Positions 30,078-40,094 of a DNA stretch of 64,000 nt are shown one piece after another; position 1 is the stretch's first letter, and each line of letters begins with the position of its first letter. The notes under the pieces are model-generated. The model was not told where the DNA came from, did not search any database, and worked only from the letters and a program-made list of their open reading frames with translations. Both the position numbers and the translations under genes were made by a program. The stretch covers positions 416,001 through 480,000 of the forward strand of contig OY760074.1 of NCBI GenBank assembly GCA_963663035.1. The letters are read 5' to 3'. This stretch comes from Acidobacteriota bacterium (GTDB taxonomy: Bacteria; Acidobacteriota; UBA6911; RPQK01; JADFOI01).

Positions 30078-30628
30078 CCCGGCAGGAAGACAGCGGCTGC
30101 CACAGCCGTCGTCCACAAACCCCCTTTGTCACCTACTGCGGACTGAGTAATGTTTGTTGTTTGGACGATTTTACCTGAGATCTTCCAGCGTTCTCTCTTC
30201 TCGTCCCAGTCTTGATCGGGATTGAACTCGACTCCCAGAATTGTCGCCAGCATCTCAGCAGCGACATCTTCCGAATACTCTCCGGCTTTTTCTTCTCTTT
30301 CTCCGAAACTGTGGTGTTCACTGAGGTATCCGTACAGGTTGGGATCCCTCGGCATGGCGACACCCACAGCTGCAGCTAGCAACCGATCGGGCTCGTTGGT
30401 GGCCACCTGGCTCATGACTGAAAAAACGACTTGACCAGGTTGGAGCTTCGCTAATCCCTGGCTCTTCGGTACGAGCTTACAGTGAGGGGGAAAGATGCTG
30501 GTAACCTGAACGAGATTGAAGGCCCCGATGCCAGCATCTCTCAGAGACATCTCGAAGCTGGTTAACTTTTCCCGATGTGTACCTCTGCCTCTTGTTAAAA
30601 AAATTTCCTTTGTAATCGATGCTGTCAA
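30074..30628 (-). CDS. pdaD: Pyruvoyl-dependent arginine decarboxylase
   Basis: KLTSFEMSLRDAGI..FNLVQVTSIFPP, GYLSEHH; TTG start with AAGGAG RBS. Confidence 0.85.
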   Translation of the reverse strand: MTASITKEIFLTRGRGTHREKLTSFEMSLRDAGIGAFNLVQVTSIFPPHCKLVPKSQGLAKLQPGQVVFSVMSQVATNEPDRLLAAAVGVAMPRDPNLYGYLSEHHSFGEREEKAGEYSEDVAAEMLATILGVEFNPDQDWDEKRERWKISGKIVQTTNITQSAVGDKGGLWTTAVAAAVFLPG

Positions 30629-30639
30629 CGCGAACTCCT

Positions 30640-30847
30640 TGCCCGCATTATGCATAGATTTTCTGCTACAGTGTCGCAATCATCCGCACTGACGGCGTTG
30701 TGCGACCCGCAAAGCGGGTACCCCTTGCGCTCCTCGACGTACTGCATGAGTACGTCTGCGGGGCGCGACCCGCAGGTACCCCTCACACGCCTTGTCATTG
30801 CGGCGCTTGCGCCACTTCGCTGCGAAAACCTATGCATAATGCGGGCT
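30640..30847. mobile_element. MITE family 2
   Basis: TIR GCCCGCATTATGCATAG...CTATGCATAATGCGGGC; related copies at 38195 and 2998. Confidence 0.85.
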
Positions 30848-31026
30848 AGCCATTTCAATCTTCCGGAAACCGTGCACATTCTCGCCCATCAGCAAGCTGT
30901 CAACAAGGAAAATTTTTGGAGTCGCTGCAACAGCATTGATATGGCTCGAATAGACTCGGTTCTCTTTTTTTGTAAATATGTTGTCGGTTAGCGGAAGGGA
31001 GAAGGGGGCGCAAGATAGAGTCTCAG

Positions 31027-31617
31027 ATGGCAACTGAACAGGAGTTATTTCCCGATTCAAGGGTGGATTTGACCCAGGAAAAGGAGATGTCAGTGGATGC
31101 TCCCTCTCCGGGTCAACAAGTTCGTGGGTGGGTCAGAGATATTTCCCTTACCGCACTCGCCGCAATTCTCATAGTGATTTTTGTGGTGCAGCCGGTGAAG
31201 GTGGAAGGGACCAGTATGGAGCCGAGGTTCGAAGCACAAGATCGAATCCTTGTGAATAAGTTTGTCTATTATTTTTCAGAAGTTGAGCGAGGAGACATCG
31301 TAGTTTTCTGGTATCCGAAGGATCAGACAAAATCCTTTATCAAACGAGCCATTGGCCTTCCGGGGGAGACGGTTGAAATGCGATCGGGAGTGGTTTACCT
31401 GAATGGGGAAGAGCTATCGGAACCCTACCTCCCCACAGAATCTGACTACAGATCTTACCCTCTTCAGGTTGTCCCTCCTGATCACTACTTCGTTTTGGGG
31501 GACCATCGGACATCCAGTAACGACAGCCGGGACTGGGGTTTTGTCCCAGGACAGAACATCTTTGGCGAGGCGGTCTTTCGTTACTGGCCCCTCTCGAAGC
31601 TGGGATTGATCCGATGA
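31027..31617 (+). CDS. lepB: Signal peptidase I
   Basis: [25 protein letters not shown]. Confidence 0.93.
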   Translation: MATEQELFPDSRVDLTQEKEMSVDAPSPGQQVRGWVRDISLTALAAILIVIFVVQPVKVEGTSMEPRFEAQDRILVNKFVYYFSEVERGDIVVFWYPKDQTKSFIKRAIGLPGETVEMRSGVVYLNGEELSEPYLPTESDYRSYPLQVVPPDHYFVLGDHRTSSNDSRDWGFVPGQNIFGEAVFRYWPLSKLGLIR

Positions 31618-32702
31618 ACCAACGAAGAGCTGTCCTGTTCCTGGAAGATGGGAGACTGTTTGAAGGCCTTGGTTTTGGTGCCCAGCAGGAGTCTGTAGGA
31701 GAGGTGGTCTTCAATACCTCCATGACAGGTTACCAGGAGGTGTTAACCGATCCGTCTTACGCCGGCCAAATCGTCGTCATGACGTCGTCGGAGATTGGGA
31801 ACTACGGTGTGAACCCGGAGGACGAAGAGTCACACAGACCATTTGTGGAGGGCTTTGTTGTCCGTCAATGCAGCCCAACCTTCAGTAATTGGAGGGGGCA
31901 GGGAACTCTAGAGGACTACCTCCGGGAGAATTCTATTCCCGGAATTGCAGAGACCGACACACGTGCCTTGGTTCGCCACATCCGTGGGCAGGGAGCTATG
32001 CGAGGTATTATCTCCGAGATTGATTTTGATCCGCAGTCACTGAAGCAGAAGGTGTTGAAACATCCCACCATGGAGGGAAGCGACTACGTGCGTGCCGTTA
32101 CTTCAGAAAAGACCTATTCGTGGGCTAGCGAGAATCGCCGTTTCTCTGTGGTTGCGTATGACTTTGGTATCAAGAGGAACATCTTACGATGCCTGGCTTC
32201 CCGAGGATGTGATGTAACGGTTGTGCCGTCCACGACCAGTGCCGAAGATGTCTTGGCACTGAATCCAGATGGAATCTTCCTGTCCAATGGTCCGGGAGAT
32301 CCTGAACCGCTTCACTACATCGTGGATCACCTCAAGAAACTGATTCACAAAAAGCCTGTCTTCGGAATTTGTCTGGGTCACCAGCTCTTGGCTTTGGCTT
32401 TCGGAGGAAAGACCTACAAACTGAAGTTTGGGCACCGGGGTGGGAATCAGCCGGTGAAGAACTTGATCACTGATCGAGTAGAGATCAGCTCCCATAATCA
32501 CGGTTTTGCCGTTGACCCCGATTCGCTCAAGAGCAGTGATATTCAGCTCACTCACCTGAACCTGAATGACCAGACACTCGAAGGATTTCGTCATCGTTAT
32601 CTTCCCGTTTTCTCGGTTCAGTACCACCCGGAAGCAGCTCCAGGACCACACGATTCCTTCTACTTGTTTGACGATTTCCTGCGTCTGATGAAAGACAACT
32701 GA
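31614..32702 (+). CDS. carA: Carbamoyl-phosphate synthase small chain
   Basis: [29 protein letters not shown]. Confidence 0.97.
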   Translation: MNQRRAVLFLEDGRLFEGLGFGAQQESVGEVVFNTSMTGYQEVLTDPSYAGQIVVMTSSEIGNYGVNPEDEESHRPFVEGFVVRQCSPTFSNWRGQGTLEDYLRENSIPGIAETDTRALVRHIRGQGAMRGIISEIDFDPQSLKQKVLKHPTMEGSDYVRAVTSEKTYSWASENRRFSVVAYDFGIKRNILRCLASRGCDVTVVPSTTSAEDVLALNPDGIFLSNGPGDPEPLHYIVDHLKKLIHKKPVFGICLGHQLLALAFGGKTYKLKFGHRGGNQPVKNLITDRVEISSHNHGFAVDPDSLKSSDIQLTHLNLNDQTLEGFRHRYLPVFSVQYHPEAAPGPHDSFYLFDDFLRLMKDN

Positions 32703-32705
32703 GAT

Positions 32706-35700
32706 ATGCCAAGAAGGACTGACATCAAAAAAATCCTGATCGTGGGGTCGGGGCCCATCGTGATTGGGCAGGCTTGCGAGTTTGACTATTCCGGGACTCA
32801 GGCCTGTAAAGCCTTCAAGAGCGACGGTTTTCAGGTGGTGCTGGTGAACTCGAATCCGGCCACCATCATGACGGACCCCGAGTTGGCGACGCGAACCTAC
32901 ATCGAGCCTCTCACCCACGACTATGTAGCGGAGATCATCAAGCGCGAGCGTCCCGATGCCTTACTTCCCACGGTAGGAGGTCAGACGGGTCTCAATGTCT
33001 CAGTCGAACTGTGTGAGAGTGGAATTCTGGACGAATTCGGTGTGGAGATGATCGGGGCGAAATTGAACGCCATCAAAATGGCAGAGGACCGCCGCCTTTT
33101 CAAGGCTGCCATGGAAGAGATTGAACTGGAGGTACCTCAGTCTGGATTTGCCAACAGCCTCAAAGAAGCTGACGCAATCATTGAGAAGATTGGACTGCCC
33201 GCCGTCATTCGGCCTTCCTTTACTCTGGGAGGGATAGGAGGAGGGCTTGCCTTCAACAGCGAAGAGTTTAAAGAGATTGTCACGCGTGGATTACAGCTCT
33301 CTCCGATTCATGAAATTCTGGTTGAAGAATCGATCATCGGCTGGAAGGAATTCGAGCTGGAGGTGATGCGAGATCTGAATGACAACGTTGTGGTCATCTG
33401 CTCCATCGAAAATTTTGATCCCATGGGCGTTCACACCGGCGACTCTATTACCGTTGCTCCCGCCCAAACCCTGTCCGACAGAGAATACCAGCTGATGCGC
33501 GACGCCGCTCTTGCCACCATCCGAAAGATTGGGGTGGAAACGGGTGGGGCAAACATTCAGTTTGCGGTCCACCCCGACACAGGTCGGATGGTGGTCATTG
33601 AGATGAATCCGCGGGTCAGCAGAAGTTCTGCGCTGGCCTCCAAGGCAACGGGTTTCCCCATTGCCAAGATCGCCGCTAAACTGGCTGTTGGTTATACCCT
33701 GGACGAGATACCCAACGACATCACTCTGAAAACTCCAGCCAGTTTTGAGCCCACCCTCGACTATGTGGTGGTCAAGGTGCCCAAGTGGAACTTCGAGAAA
33801 TTTCCTGAAGCCAGTTGCATTCTGGGTACTCAGATGAAGTCGGTTGGGGAAGTGATGGCGATCGGCCGAACTTTTCGTGAAGCTCTGCTCAAAGGCCTGC
33901 GCTCCCAGGAAACAGGGACGACCTTGGCAAGTGAAAAGGTGTCTAAGGAGCGGATTCGGGAAAATCTGATACAACCCACTCCTCAGCGATTGGCTTACAT
34001 TCGGCTGGCCTTTCTGGAAGGCTACACTGTTGATCAGGTCCACGAGTTGACGCGGATCGATCCCTGGTTCCTCAACCAGATTGTTCAGATTGTGGAGCTG
34101 AGCCAGAGTCTGGCGGGACACGATTTGGCCACCATTGACCCGGAGTTGATTCGCAGAGCCAAACGGGAGGGGCTTTCTGACCTTCGTCTCTCCCAGATTT
34201 TCGGCTCCGGACTGACTGAACCGGATCTGTGGAAATATCGGAAAGAGAAGGGTATTCTGCCGGTCTTTAAAAGGGTGGACACCTGTAGTGCGGAATTTGA
34301 ATCACACACCCCCTATCTGTATTCCACTTTTGAGAAGGAGGATGAATCAGAGCCTTCCGATGGTCGGAAAGTTGTCATTCTGGGAAGCGGGCCCAACCGG
34401 ATCGCACAGGGAATCGAATTCGACTACTGCTGCTGCCATGCTGCCTTTGCTCTCAAGGAGGCGGGATTTGAGACCATCATGGTGAACTGTAACCCAGAGA
34501 CAGTGTCGACTGATTATGACACCTCCGATCGACTCTATTTTGAGCCACTGACCTTTGAAGATGTCATGGCTATCGTGGAGAACGAAAAGCCGGATGGTGT
34601 CATCGTTCAGTTCGGTGGGCAGACTCCCCTCAAGCTCGCCTTGAAACTCTTCGATGCAGGTGTGCCGATTATTGGAACTTCTCCCCAATCGATTGATCTG
34701 GCGGAGGATCGCAAGAGATTTGGCGACCTGCTGCGTGATCTGGATATTCCCCAGCCCGAGAACGGTACCGCCATGTCTGTGAAGGAGGCCAGGAAGGTCG
34801 CTCAAGAGATCGGGTATCCTATCCTGGTGAGACCCTCCTATGTGTTGGGTGGCCGTTCCATGGCCATTATCTTCGATGAGAAGTCCCTGGACAAATACGT
34901 GAGATCCGCCGTGGAGGTCTCACCAGATCATCCGACTCTGATCGACAAATTTCTGGAAGATGCCCGTGAGTACGATGTTGACGCGCTGGCTGATGGAAGC
35001 AGGGTTGTCATTGGAGGCATCATGGAGCATATCGAAGAAGCCGGAATTCACTCCGGTGACAGTACTTCGGTATTGCCTCCTATTGTGATCGAGGAGGAAC
35101 ACCTGGAAACCATGCGGGACCTTACACGAAGACTGGGGCAAGTACTGGAGGTCGTGGGTCTCATGAACATCCAGTTTGCGGTGGTTGGGGATCAGGTGTA
35201 CGTTTTGGAGGTCAACCCGCGAGCCAGTCGAACCGTTCCATTTGTCAGCAAGGCCACTGGAGTGCCTTTGGCTAAAATAGCAGTCCAGCTGATGATTGGT
35301 AAGAAGCTTGAAGAGCTGGGTCTGACGGATGACTTGAAAGTACGACACTGTTTTATCAAGACACCGGTCTTTCCTTTTGACAGATTCCCGGGAGTAGACA
35401 CGATCCTGGGACCGGAAATGAAGTCGACTGGCGAGGTGATGGGTGTTTCCGATAGCTTCGGATACGCTTATGCAAAGGCTCAAATCAGTGCTGGCGCTCA
35501 TCTCCCCAAGGGAGGTGTTGTCTTTATCAGTGTCAATGAGAGGGACAAGCTCTTCATTTCTAACGTCGCCAGAGATTTCCAGGAACTCGGGTTTCAGATT
35601 GTGGCAACTCGCGGAACTGCCAAGCTGTTGCGCGAATCAGGGCTTCGAACAGAAAAGGTTTACAAGGTCAACGAAGGTCGTCCCAATGTTGTGGATCTCA

Positions 35701-35936
35701 TCAAAAGCCAAAAAATCGATTTGGTGATCAACACACCCCTAGGGCGAGAATCGTTTTTCGACGAAAAAGCCATTCGCAGAGTCTGCATCCAGTACAGGAC
35801 TCCCGCCATTACCACCCTGTCCGCAGCAGCAGCGGCCGTCAACGCCATTCGGGCACTGCAACGAGAAATAATCAGCGTCATGAGCCTGCAGGAGTACCAT
35901 GCGCTTGGAAGGAAGGAGGTAGGAGATAGGAGATAG
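32706..35936 (+). CDS. carB: Carbamoyl-phosphate synthase large chain
   Basis: [33 protein letters not shown], duplicated ATP-grasp, MGS domain. Confidence 0.97.
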   Translation: MPRRTDIKKILIVGSGPIVIGQACEFDYSGTQACKAFKSDGFQVVLVNSNPATIMTDPELATRTYIEPLTHDYVAEIIKRERPDALLPTVGGQTGLNVSVELCESGILDEFGVEMIGAKLNAIKMAEDRRLFKAAMEEIELEVPQSGFANSLKEADAIIEKIGLPAVIRPSFTLGGIGGGLAFNSEEFKEIVTRGLQLSPIHEILVEESIIGWKEFELEVMRDLNDNVVVICSIENFDPMGVHTGDSITVAPAQTLSDREYQLMRDAALATIRKIGVETGGANIQFAVHPDTGRMVVIEMNPRVSRSSALASKATGFPIAKIAAKLAVGYTLDEIPNDITLKTPASFEPTLDYVVVKVPKWNFEKFPEASCILGTQMKSVGEVMAIGRTFREALLKGLRSQETGTTLASEKVSKERIRENLIQPTPQRLAYIRLAFLEGYTVDQVHELTRIDPWFLNQIVQIVELSQSLAGHDLATIDPELIRRAKREGLSDLRLSQIFGSGLTEPDLWKYRKEKGILPVFKRVDTCSAEFESHTPYLYSTFEKEDESEPSDGRKVVILGSGPNRIAQGIEFDYCCCHAAFALKEAGFETIMVNCNPETVSTDYDTSDRLYFEPLTFEDVMAIVENEKPDGVIVQFGGQTPLKLALKLFDAGVPIIGTSPQSIDLAEDRKRFGDLLRDLDIPQPENGTAMSVKEARKVAQEIGYPILVRPSYVLGGRSMAIIFDEKSLDKYVRSAVEVSPDHPTLIDKFLEDAREYDVDALADGSRVVIGGIMEHIEEAGIHSGDSTSVLPPIVIEEEHLETMRDLTRRLGQVLEVVGLMNIQFAVVGDQVYVLEVNPRASRTVPFVSKATGVPLAKIAVQLMIGKKLEELGLTDDLKVRHCFIKTPVFPFDRFPGVDTILGPEMKSTGEVMGVSDSFGYAYAKAQISAGAHLPKGGVVFISVNERDKLFISNVARDFQELGFQIVATRGTAKLLRESGLRTEKVYKVNEGRPNVVDLIKSQKIDLVINTPLGRESFFDEKAIRRVCIQYRTPAITTLSAAAAAVNAIRALQREIISVMSLQEYHALGRKEVGDRR

Positions 35937-36058
35937 GAGATAGGAGGTAGGAGCTAGGAGGTAGGAGCTAGGAGTTAGAAACTGGTGGATCCTGGAACCT
36001 ACTATTCTGACTTCTGAATCTTAAGCTCCTGACTCCTGCCTCCTACGTCCTACCTCCT
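35914..36058. repeat. Inverted pair of heptamer arrays, (AGGAGNT)x9 then NNCTCCT-type units, between convergent genes
   Basis: Direct reading; contains the carB stop and abuts the TPR gene stop. Confidence 0.9.
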
Positions 36059-36691
36059 TTATTCCGGGAAGATAAGCTTCTGGAATTCTTGATCTGTCGT
36101 CAGGGGTTCGAAGTCGGGATCGTTGTGAGCGAAGAATCGGTTCTCCTGGTTGAGCTGGATGGCTTTCTCCAGGTGCTTCAGGGCATCATCGGTATTCCCC
36201 GCAGAAAGCGAAGTGGCCGCCATGGCGTAAAGGATGTGATCCTTATTGGTCTTGGAAAGCTTTAAAGCCCGAGAGTAGTGTCCCAAGGCTTGATCGAATT
36301 GCCCGGCATTATGGGAAAACACCCCTTCGTTGAAATATTCTTCAGGGGTACCTGGAGAATATTTCTTCTGGGTTCTCAGATGGTTGTCGCAGACTCTCAA
36401 AAAGGTCCTGGCACGAGAACTGACCTCAGGCTCGTCGGGAAATGTTTCTAAGAGTTTGGTGAATTGTTTTTTGGCCCTCTCATATTTCTTCTGGTGTAAG
36501 AGGCTCCATGCCTTCTCATAAAGCACATAAACGTCACCGGAAGATTTTGTCCGAGAGGGAGTTCCTGTACTGAGTGCAGCTTGTTTTTTCTGAGCTGGCT
36601 GCTTTTTCTGAGTTAGCTTCTTTTTCTGGGCCGGTTTCTTTTTCTGAGCTGGTTTCTTCTTTTGGGCTGGTTTCTTTTTCTGAGCCGGCAT
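36059..36691 (-). CDS. TPR protein with N-terminal PAQKKK repeats
   Basis: TPR-like helices (YFNEGV..HNAGQFDQAL, LYAMAA..GNTDDALKHLEKAI); GGAGG RBS. Confidence 0.85.
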   Translation of the reverse strand: MPAQKKKPAQKKKPAQKKKPAQKKKLTQKKQPAQKKQAALSTGTPSRTKSSGDVYVLYEKAWSLLHQKKYERAKKQFTKLLETFPDEPEVSSRARTFLRVCDNHLRTQKKYSPGTPEEYFNEGVFSHNAGQFDQALGHYSRALKLSKTNKDHILYAMAATSLSAGNTDDALKHLEKAIQLNQENRFFAHNDPDFEPLTTDQEFQKLIFPE

Positions 36692-36710
36692 AGAATCCTC
36701 CAGTTTGTTT

Positions 36711-36763
36711 AGTGCCTAGATTCGTAATTGCGGTGAAGCATCATATTGACGAAACGAGGCACT
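36711..36763. mobile_element. 53-bp minimal MITE (ends only), family 1-like
   Basis: AGTGCCTAGATTCGTAAT...ATTGACGAAACGAGGCACT; shares GAAACGAGGCACTAAG with the 2733 element. Confidence 0.6.
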
Positions 36764-36871
36764 AAGTGTGGGAAGGCTGAAAAACGAAGTATTATAAGAC
36801 AGAAATACAAGGAGTCAAGTTGTTCGTCAAAATCGAATGTGAATCTCTTGGCGAGACTTTCTGAGGGAGTG

Positions 36872-38188
36872 ATGCCCAAGAAACTGGATCTGATCGACAA
36901 CTTGATTGAGAAATACCCGGATTTGCCGCCTGAGGCAATCGTAAAGGAAGATCTCCTTCGAACGGGAATCTCCTTTTCAGAGGACGCACTGAGAGTGGCT
37001 TCTGGCTTTAAACCCAAAGCTTACTTCATCTTTTCATTTGACCTGGTTCCCATCTCCGAGATGCTAAAACAAGAGCATCTGCGGGTACCTGAAGAGATCT
37101 GTCTAGTGGGTGGGAAGAGAAATTTCCGTCGTATCATTGTCTCCGTGCGAGTCAATCCGGATTCTCCTTATCTGGTCGAGATTAGTGAGGAGGGAGAGCC
37201 CGTGCTCAAGTTGGAAGATGAGGAGATAGCAGGGGTCCGGTTCCAGAAAACTCCGGCGTACTACCAACGGTCTTTGAGCAACGGGAAACCGATTGTTGAC
37301 ATTGCCCCCAGCATCGAATGGGGGTATTTGATCTACCTGACGGTCTTCAGGATCTGCCAATACTTTGGTCGCCAAGAGGAGTGCCAATTTTGCGACATCA
37401 ACGAAAATTTTCGTCAGCAGAAGAAGAGCGGGCGGTCTTACACGGGCGTCAAGACGGTTGAGGAGCTCATGGAAGCCCTGGAAATCATTAATGCCACCGA
37501 CACCGATAGTCAGGCTTATACGGTGACAGGAGGAAGCATTACCTCCCAACTCGACGAGAAACGTGAGGTCGATTTCTATCTTCAGTATCCAGCTGCCATT
37601 GAGAAACGATTCCCCGGCCGCTGGATTGGAAAACTGGTGGTGCAGGCTTTACCCAAGGAACAAGTGCGACAATTCAGAGATGTGGGTGTGCAGATTTATC
37701 ATCCCAACTATGAAGTCTGGGACCGAAAGCTCTTTGAAATCATTTGCGCCGGGAAGAACCGTTACATCGGTCGTGACCAGTGGATTAGCCGTATTCTGGA
37801 TGCCGGGGAGGTCTTCGGGCCCTCTGGCGTCATTCCTAACTTCGTAGCCGGAATTGAAATGGCTCAACCTTATGGCTTCCAAACCGTGGCTGAGGCCATT
37901 GACTCCACTTCTCAAGGATTGGACTATTTCATGTCTCGCGGCATCACGCCTCGCTTCACCACCTGGTGCCCGGAACCTCTCACTGTTCTGGGGAGGCAAA
38001 ATCCAGAAGGTGCGCCTCTTGAGTATCATGTTCATCTGCTCCGGACCTGGAGAGACACGCATGAAAAGTATCAGTTGCCCCCTCCCAAAGGGTACGGAAA
38101 GCCCGGTATCGGAAATGCAGTCTTTTCCGTGTCTTCCTTTATGGACGTCATAAGGACGGGGCCGTGTGGGCCAGATCCCCAGGATTGA
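36872..38188 (+). CDS. Radical SAM protein with CX8CX2C motif
   Basis: CQYFGRQEECQFC, VTGGS, HPNYEVWD; start at ATG 36872 after GAGGGAG. Confidence 0.82.
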   Translation: MPKKLDLIDNLIEKYPDLPPEAIVKEDLLRTGISFSEDALRVASGFKPKAYFIFSFDLVPISEMLKQEHLRVPEEICLVGGKRNFRRIIVSVRVNPDSPYLVEISEEGEPVLKLEDEEIAGVRFQKTPAYYQRSLSNGKPIVDIAPSIEWGYLIYLTVFRICQYFGRQEECQFCDINENFRQQKKSGRSYTGVKTVEELMEALEIINATDTDSQAYTVTGGSITSQLDEKREVDFYLQYPAAIEKRFPGRWIGKLVVQALPKEQVRQFRDVGVQIYHPNYEVWDRKLFEIICAGKNRYIGRDQWISRILDAGEVFGPSGVIPNFVAGIEMAQPYGFQTVAEAIDSTSQGLDYFMSRGITPRFTTWCPEPLTVLGRQNPEGAPLEYHVHLLRTWRDTHEKYQLPPPKGYGKPGIGNAVFSVSSFMDVIRTGPCGPDPQD

Positions 38189-38194
38189 CATCTG

Positions 38195-38373
38195 AGCCCG
38201 CATTATGCATAAATTTTCTGCTACAGTGTCGCGATCATCCGCGCTGACGGCGTTGTCTTTCCTTGCGCTCCTCGGCGTACTGCATGAGTACGCCTGCGGG
38301 GCGCTTCGTCAAACGCCTTGTCATCGCGGCGCTTGCGCCACTTCGCTACGAAAACCTATGCTTAGTGCGGGCT
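38195..38373. mobile_element. MITE family 2
   Basis: AGCCCGCATTATGCATA...TATGCTTAGTGCGGGCT; collinear with 30640-30847. Confidence 0.85.
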
Positions 38374-38413
38374 AGGCGGGTGCTGTAAAGAATAGGGAAG
38401 GAAAGAGAGAATT

Positions 38414-39979
38414 GTGGAACTAGAAGCTTTTAAGAACGAGACTTTTACTGACTTTACGCAGCCTGAGAATCATCAGGCCATGTCCGAGGAACTTGCCAAA
38501 GTACGCGGCCAACTGGGACAGCAATACGACATCATCATCGGGGGCGAGAAAATCCGCTGTGAACACCAGTTTCAGTCGCTGAATCCTTCACGCCGGGAGG
38601 AGGTTGTGGGAGTTTTTCAGAAGGGAACTCCCGGGGAGGTCGAACGGGCCATATCGGCTGCAGAAGAAGCCTTTTCTCAGTGGAGTCGGCTGCCGGCTGA
38701 AGAGCGAGTGGCCTATATGTTGAAGGTCTCCCGAATCATGAAGGAGCGACGGCTCGAACTTGCTGCCTGGATGGTGATCGAAGTAGGGAAGTCTTGGGTA
38801 GAAGCTGATGCCGACGTTGCCGAGGCCATTGATTTCTGTGAGTTTTACTCTCGAGAGATGCTTCGTTTGGCAGCTCCTCAATCATTGGTTGAAGTCGAGT
38901 CCGAAGAAAACGCTCTTGAATATATTCCCTTGGGAGTGGGTGTCATCATCCCCCCTTGGAACTTTCCTCTGGCAATTCTCGCGGGGATGACTTTTGCGGC
39001 CGTCGTCAGTGGAAACACTGTGGTGCTGAAGCCTTCCAGCGACTCACCGGCCATTGCAGCGAAGTTGATGGAGATATTCCAGGAAGCGGGATTCCCACCC
39101 GGTGTGGTCAATTTCTTGACCGGGAGCGGAGGGGAGATTGGGGACACGCTGGTCAAACATACCAGGACCCGCTTTGTCTCTTTCACCGGTTCAAAGGAAG
39201 TGGGTCTGCGAATCAACGAACTAGCAGCCAAACACCGTCCCGGTCAGATCTGGATCAAGCGAGTCATTGCGGAAATGGGCGGCAAAGATGCCATTGTGGT
39301 AGACAGTGACTCAGACTTGGATGAAGCTGCCACTGGTGTGGTGGCTGCGAGCTTTGGTTACCAGGGTCAAAAGTGCTCGGCCTGCTCTCGTGCCATCGTC
39401 GTGGACTCTGTTTATGACGAGTTTGTGGAGAAGCTCCTGGAGAAAACTCGTGCCATGATCGCACAGGGCAGTGTGGAGGAGAGCGACATCAACTTCGGTC
39501 CCGTCATCAATCAAAAGGCGCAGGAAACGATTCAGCATTTTATTCAAGTTGGCGAAAAGGAAGGTAAATTGGTGATGGGAGGAGAGGAGGCAGCTTCAGA
39601 GGGATTTTTCGTACCACCCACCATTATCGTGGATGTTGATCGGAAAGCGACAATTGCTCAAGAGGAAATCTTTGGACCCGTTTTGGCAGTCATCAGAGCA
39701 GGCGACTATGATGATGCCATAGCAATTGCCAATGATTCCGAATTTGGATTGACGGGAGCCGTTTACACTCAAGATCCATCGAAGATCGAGAAAGCCAAGA
39801 GAGAGTTTCATGTGGGAAACCTCTATATCAATCGCAAATGCACAGGCGCCCTTGTGGGAGTCCATCCTTTCGGTGGATTCAACATGAGCGGCACTGACTC
39901 GAAAGCAGGAGGGCAGGACTACTTGCTGCTGTTTACCCAGGGCAAGTCAATCTCTCAAAAGGTGACTTCTAGCACCTAA
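38414..39979 (+). CDS. pruA: 1-pyrroline-5-carboxylate dehydrogenase (RocA/PruA type)
   Basis: AEAIDF, PPWNFP, FTGS, EMGGK, GQKCSACSR, EEIFGP, SGTDSKAGG. Confidence 0.93.
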   Translation: MELEAFKNETFTDFTQPENHQAMSEELAKVRGQLGQQYDIIIGGEKIRCEHQFQSLNPSRREEVVGVFQKGTPGEVERAISAAEEAFSQWSRLPAEERVAYMLKVSRIMKERRLELAAWMVIEVGKSWVEADADVAEAIDFCEFYSREMLRLAAPQSLVEVESEENALEYIPLGVGVIIPPWNFPLAILAGMTFAAVVSGNTVVLKPSSDSPAIAAKLMEIFQEAGFPPGVVNFLTGSGGEIGDTLVKHTRTRFVSFTGSKEVGLRINELAAKHRPGQIWIKRVIAEMGGKDAIVVDSDSDLDEAATGVVAASFGYQGQKCSACSRAIVVDSVYDEFVEKLLEKTRAMIAQGSVEESDINFGPVINQKAQETIQHFIQVGEKEGKLVMGGEEAASEGFFVPPTIIVDVDRKATIAQEEIFGPVLAVIRAGDYDDAIAIANDSEFGLTGAVYTQDPSKIEKAKREFHVGNLYINRKCTGALVGVHPFGGFNMSGTDSKAGGQDYLLLFTQGKSISQKVTSST

Positions 39980-39988
39980 TCCACTATT

Positions 39989-40015
39989 TCCGACCTATAA
40001 GTCCGACCTATAAGT
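39989..40015. repeat. 13-bp tandem direct repeat (TCCGACCTATAAG)x2
   Basis: Direct reading, in the intergenic region upstream of the OFOR alpha gene. Confidence 0.7.
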
Positions 40016-40094
40016 TTGTTAAGATAGACATTGAGAATGAGTGACACTCCTGTGGGTAGCGGATTGAAGCCGAGGTGACAAGAGGGACGAGAAA

